DNA of 32,036 nt. Origin: Candidatus Hermodarchaeota archaeon (lineage in GTDB: Archaea > Asgardarchaeota > Lokiarchaeia > Sigyniarchaeales > SOKP01). Below, in pieces: positions 28,250-32,036 of the stretch. A program made the position numbers and the translations under genes. The first letter of the stretch is position 1, and every line of letters starts with the position of its first letter. The stretch spans positions 1 to 32,036 of the forward strand of contig JBHLLP010000039.1 of assembly GCA_048885525.1 (NCBI GenBank). Direction: 5' to 3'. The notes below the pieces were generated by a model, which worked only from the letters and a program-made list of their open reading frames with translations, had not been told where the DNA came from and ran no database searches.

Positions 28250-28867
28250 TTAAAAGATTTTTAACTTATTAAATTCTTCAATAAGATTATCTGTGGTGGT
28301 ATATTTTATACCAATTATACCTAATTGTTTAGCAGATCGAATATTATTTAATCCATCATCTATGAAAACTATTTGTTTTGGTTTACAACCAGCTTTCTTA
28401 ATTGCATATTCAAAGGTTTTAGGATCTGGTTTAATCATATGAATTTCATGTGAAAGAATTAGCTCATCGAAATAATCTAGGAAATCCCATTTTTTCTTTA
28501 ATATAAAATTCCAATGACTAGAATTCACATTAGATAAAGCAATTAGCTTGTATCGATTACTATCATGGATCTTTTTGATAATTTCTATCACTTCTAAATT
28601 AATATCAGATATAATGCTATTAAATGCGTTAAAAAATTCAGATTGATTTACCATACAAACTTGGAGTATATCACAAGCAAGCTGATAAAACTCATCATCA
28701 GTCATGTTACCTTGATGATATATATCAGATTGTCTAAAAAATTCTAACATTATTGGTGTTTGGGGTTTGTTTAGAGGAGATTGAGTTATGATGGTATTGT
28801 AAAAGTTTGAGAAATCTAAATCTACAACTACACCCCCTAAATCAAACATAATTGCCTTTACTTTCAT
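28250..28867 (-). CDS. HAD-family phosphatase (YihX-like)
   Basis: FDLGGVVVD, LSN, SHEIHMIKPD, VFIDD...N. Confidence 0.92.
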   Translation of the reverse strand: MKVKAIMFDLGGVVVDLDFSNFYNTIITQSPLNKPQTPIMLEFFRQSDIYHQGNMTDDEFYQLACDILQVCMVNQSEFFNAFNSIISDINLEVIEIIKKIHDSNRYKLIALSNVNSSHWNFILKKKWDFLDYFDELILSHEIHMIKPDPKTFEYAIKKAGCKPKQIVFIDDGLNNIRSAKQLGIIGIKYTTTDNLIEEFNKLKIF

Positions 28868-28944
28868 AATAAAAAAAACAATATATTTATCCTTTAAATA
28901 GCTGATCGAATAAATATTTTATTTAACAGAAAAAAATAGGATTC

Positions 28945-31005
28945 TTAGCGTCTAAAATAAATTCTTGTTGATAACTTTCTAAATGGTACTGGTAATTTAT
29001 ATTTTGGAAAAGTTCTTGTATCATCTTCAAGCATTTCTAACAATTTATCTAACTTTACATCATTAAATTGTTCAGAAGTTTGATTTTTCGTGCCAAATGG
29101 TTTATTTATTAACCTCTTTCTAATAGAAATCGTTTGATTTTGCTGTTCTTTTTTACCAATTACAACCGTGTATGGTATCCACTCAATTTCAGATTGTCTA
29201 ATTTTCTTTCCCACAGTTTCTTCTCGATCATCAAAATCTGCTCTAAATTCTTCTCCATTAATAATATTAAGTACTTTTTCAGCATATTCATTCTGTTCGT
29301 TACTCACAGTTATTATTCTTACTTGTATTGGAGATAACCAAGTTTTAAACCCTGGAACAAGCTTTCCCTTATTTCGGATAGCAGATTCAATTAAACCCCA
29401 TAAAACTCTTTCTATTGCACCAGTTGGTGAATTATGAAGAATTATTGGATGTTTTACTTGACCATCAGTATCGATAAAAGAGATATTGTATTTTTGCCTT
29501 TTAACCCCATCATTATCAAACATATATTCTAAGGAACTTTCTACATCTATTTGATTAGTCGCTAATGTTGCACTCTTACCGTGCGCTGAAAGAACATTTC
29601 TTTCAAATTTCAAAATATAATAATAATATCTATCTTCCCATAGTTCTAATAATGCTGGATGCTGTTCTGATTTGATTAAATCAATGATCCAATTCTTGTT
29701 TTCCTTATAAAATTCTTGAGTAACTCTGAATATGACATAAGTTTTTACTCCCAAATCTTTCTCAAGACTCTTGATTAATTTGTATTGTTTTTTAAATTCA
29801 TCAATAGAAGATTCAACGTCTTTACACAATGTATGCATATCCGGCATTATAAAAGCTCTTAATCTTCTTAAACCGCTTAGTTCACCTTCTAATTCACGTC
29901 TAAACGCATACTGTTCGTATTCGTAGGCTCTTAAAGGAAAATAATGTGGTTTTAAATTCATTTGAGAAAATAAATCGAATAATAGGAAATCACAGGCATA
30001 TCTTAAAAGATACCGATCATTTCCAGACTCAACCCAATAGCTCCTTGCCGGAAAACGAGCTGTTTGTGCTGTCAATTTCTTATTTTTAACAGTATACATA
30101 ACAGGAGTATCAATAAGAATAGCCCCATAATCTATTAGTCTATCTTCTATATAATTCTTTATGAGATTTTTCATAATAATTCCTTTTGTATACCATCTGA
30201 AATTCCCTGCATCAGTATTAGGATCAAAATCTAATAATTCAAATTCTTTCATAACTTTTATATGAGCTGGTTCAAATGATCTCTCCATTAGTCTTGAACC
30301 TAATTCAGAATTAAGAAATGTATGAAAATCTTTATCTTTAATCTCTTTTGGCAGTAAAATCTCCTGATTTTCATCAAAATTTATATTAATTTCTTTTCCT
30401 GAGGTAGTGATTATTTTGAATACTGAATTTTTAACCCGTTCCTCAGGTTTAATAGCTAGTTGAACATCTCTATACATCTCTGCTAATTCATGACCCAAAC
30501 AGTTAATTTTAAATGATTTATACCAACCAAAAGGAGAGAATTTTGCTTCAATACCTCTATCTTCTAAATTTTTAGCTATTTTTGGACAGACTTCCATAGC
30601 ATTTTGATCATTACTAAGAAATTTGCTTAAATGCGCCCATGGATAAACAAGAACTTTATCAACATTATAATAATCTCGACTTTTAATCAATTCTAACAAT
30701 TTTCTTGGTTTTCCTTTAATTTCACCCTTCTCAATCTTATCATTGTGTTCTCTTATTTCTTCATTTTTCTGTCTTAAATTTTCTGGAAATCCCGTAATTT
30801 GTAAAATAGCATTCTCAATTTCTTCTGCTCCTTGTTTGGCAATCAAATCTGTATCATAAGTATCTTGATCTTCAACAGAGACAAAACAAACAAGAATCAA
30901 GCCTTCCATTTTTATAAAATCCTCTGTGAAATCCTGTGGCTTGCTTGTTGCTTCTTTGTTTTTGAACACTTCTACATCCAGAGAATGAATCAGTAAGATT
31001 TTCAT
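28945..31005 (-). CDS. thrS: Threonine--tRNA ligase, archaeal type with N-terminal editing domain
   Basis: MKILLIHS, YPWAHLS, PFGWYKSF..CLGHELAE, FRRE..GELSGLRRLRAF.MPDMHT, LHNSPTGAIER, WLSPIQVR, GKKIR. Confidence 0.96.
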   Translation of the reverse strand: MKILLIHSLDVEVFKNKEATSKPQDFTEDFIKMEGLILVCFVSVEDQDTYDTDLIAKQGAEEIENAILQITGFPENLRQKNEEIREHNDKIEKGEIKGKPRKLLELIKSRDYYNVDKVLVYPWAHLSKFLSNDQNAMEVCPKIAKNLEDRGIEAKFSPFGWYKSFKINCLGHELAEMYRDVQLAIKPEERVKNSVFKIITTSGKEININFDENQEILLPKEIKDKDFHTFLNSELGSRLMERSFEPAHIKVMKEFELLDFDPNTDAGNFRWYTKGIIMKNLIKNYIEDRLIDYGAILIDTPVMYTVKNKKLTAQTARFPARSYWVESGNDRYLLRYACDFLLFDLFSQMNLKPHYFPLRAYEYEQYAFRRELEGELSGLRRLRAFIMPDMHTLCKDVESSIDEFKKQYKLIKSLEKDLGVKTYVIFRVTQEFYKENKNWIIDLIKSEQHPALLELWEDRYYYYILKFERNVLSAHGKSATLATNQIDVESSLEYMFDNDGVKRQKYNISFIDTDGQVKHPIILHNSPTGAIERVLWGLIESAIRNKGKLVPGFKTWLSPIQVRIITVSNEQNEYAEKVLNIINGEEFRADFDDREETVGKKIRQSEIEWIPYTVVIGKKEQQNQTISIRKRLINKPFGTKNQTSEQFNDVKLDKLLEMLEDDTRTFPKYKLPVPFRKLSTRIYFRR

Positions 31006-31130
31006 AATTAATCCTTAAATTTATCTATTAATTAACACCTTATAATAAATTCTAAATATTTTTCTTACTTTTGATATATAATTATATTCAAAATTCAAAT
31101 TAATTATTACTAAAATATAGTTCTATTGTA

Positions 31131-31742
31131 ATGAATCTTAAAAAAGCTTTTTTAGAAATATCTGAGTTATTAGAGATATTATATCAAGACAGAGAAGAAA
31201 TTTTGAAAATTTCACGCGATATTATTAGGGGTTGCAGCGTTGCTATAAAAAATGTTCATAGAAAAGAATTTAATAAATTTCATGAACAAGTAAATATAAT
31301 TAAAACAAATCACCAGAATTTAGTTAGTATTGTTAATAAAAATCCTGGAATTTTCTTTAAATATTTAAAAACTCCAGAGCAAGAAATAACTGAATCAATT
31401 GTTTTCTATTCAATTATTGATAAAAAGGATATTCCATCCCCTAATGAATTAAATATTAATCCTTTAAATTTTCTTTTAGGTTTAGCCGACGTTATTGGGG
31501 AATTACGAAGATACGCATTAGATAATATTAGAAATTCTCGTGTTGAAGATTTAAATTCAATATTGGAAAGTATGGATAAAATATATACCACTTTATTTAC
31601 TATTGACTATCCTGCTGGAATAACTCAAGATTTAAGACATAAAGTAGATGTTGCTCGAAGTATAATAGAAAAAACAAGAGGAGATATATCTCTAGCCATC
31701 CAAATGGATGATTTGAAGAAATGTTTTGAAAATAATAAATAA
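31131..31742 (+). CDS. Translin/TRAX-family (C3PO-like) protein
   Basis: REEILKISRDIIR, QEITES, LLGLADVIGELRR, LRHKVDVAR. Confidence 0.9.
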   Translation: MNLKKAFLEISELLEILYQDREEILKISRDIIRGCSVAIKNVHRKEFNKFHEQVNIIKTNHQNLVSIVNKNPGIFFKYLKTPEQEITESIVFYSIIDKKDIPSPNELNINPLNFLLGLADVIGELRRYALDNIRNSRVEDLNSILESMDKIYTTLFTIDYPAGITQDLRHKVDVARSIIEKTRGDISLAIQMDDLKKCFENNK

Positions 31743-31785
31743 AATCAACTAGAATTATCTGAAATGTATAATTGAGTAGAAAAAA

Positions 31786-32036
31786 ATGAATCAATTAAAG
31801 AAAAAAGTAATGATCGCAGGAACTTTCGATCTTATACATGCAGGTCACATCTACCTTATTAATGAAGCAGCAAAATTAGGAGATGTCTATGTAGTTGTTG
31901 CTACGGATAAAAATCGTGAACTATTCTCTGGAGAACGACCAATTGTTTCCCAAGAACAAAGATTGGAAATTATTAAAAGCTTAAAAAATGTTAAGGATGC
32001 TAGATTAGGAAGGAGTGATAATGATACACTTAAAAC
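31786..32036 (+). CDS. ribL: FAD synthase RibL / cytidylyltransferase-family protein, 5' part; truncated at window edge
   Basis: MNQLKKKVMIAGTFDLIHAGHIYLINEAAKLGDVYVVVATD...RPIVSQEQRLEII (HxGH motif). Confidence 0.8.
   Translation, partial: MNQLKKKVMIAGTFDLIHAGHIYLINEAAKLGDVYVVVATDKNRELFSGERPIVSQEQRLEIIKSLKNVKDARLGRSDNDTLK

Noticed and set aside
29134-31794. Short ORFs 29134-29337, 29168-29437, 31406-31591, 31600-31794
   Set aside because: Antisense to thrS or translin.
1-32036. CRISPR arrays, rRNA, tRNA, transposases, inteins
   Set aside because: None detected by eye; no regular repeat-spacer pattern or GC-rich cloverleaf in the intergenic regions.

Overview
AT-rich archaeal chromosomal window. 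Gene content (thermosome, eL40, eL38, archaeal-type AspRS/ThrRS, Alba, translin) plus several eukaryotic-signature proteins (longin-like, JAMM/MPN+, BRO1-like, Rab-like GTPase) points to an Asgard archaeon, probably Lokiarchaeia (inference). Most of it is housekeeping, with no CRISPR array, rRNA, tRNA or transposase seen. Two things stand out. (1) The Rab-like GTPase gene (27672-28225) is split inside its G3 motif (WD|IGGQ) by a 32-nt insertion that folds into a bulge-helix-bulge (BHB) motif, and the predicted endonuclease cut sites restore the reading frame exactly. This looks like a tRNA-type mRNA intron in an Asgard eukaryotic-signature gene. (2) A 455-nt segment without a substantial ORF (10143-10597) has a 12-bp terminal helix, several nested internal helices, an upstream TATA box and a downstream oligo-T on the minus strand, making it a candidate unrecognised large structured ncRNA. 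Also notable are an acyltransferase-GT87-acyltransferase membrane cluster, a BRO1-like protein, an orphan DNA methyltransferase and a wHTH-membrane regulator with an apparent ATT start. All family calls come from motif recognition by eye, not database searches.
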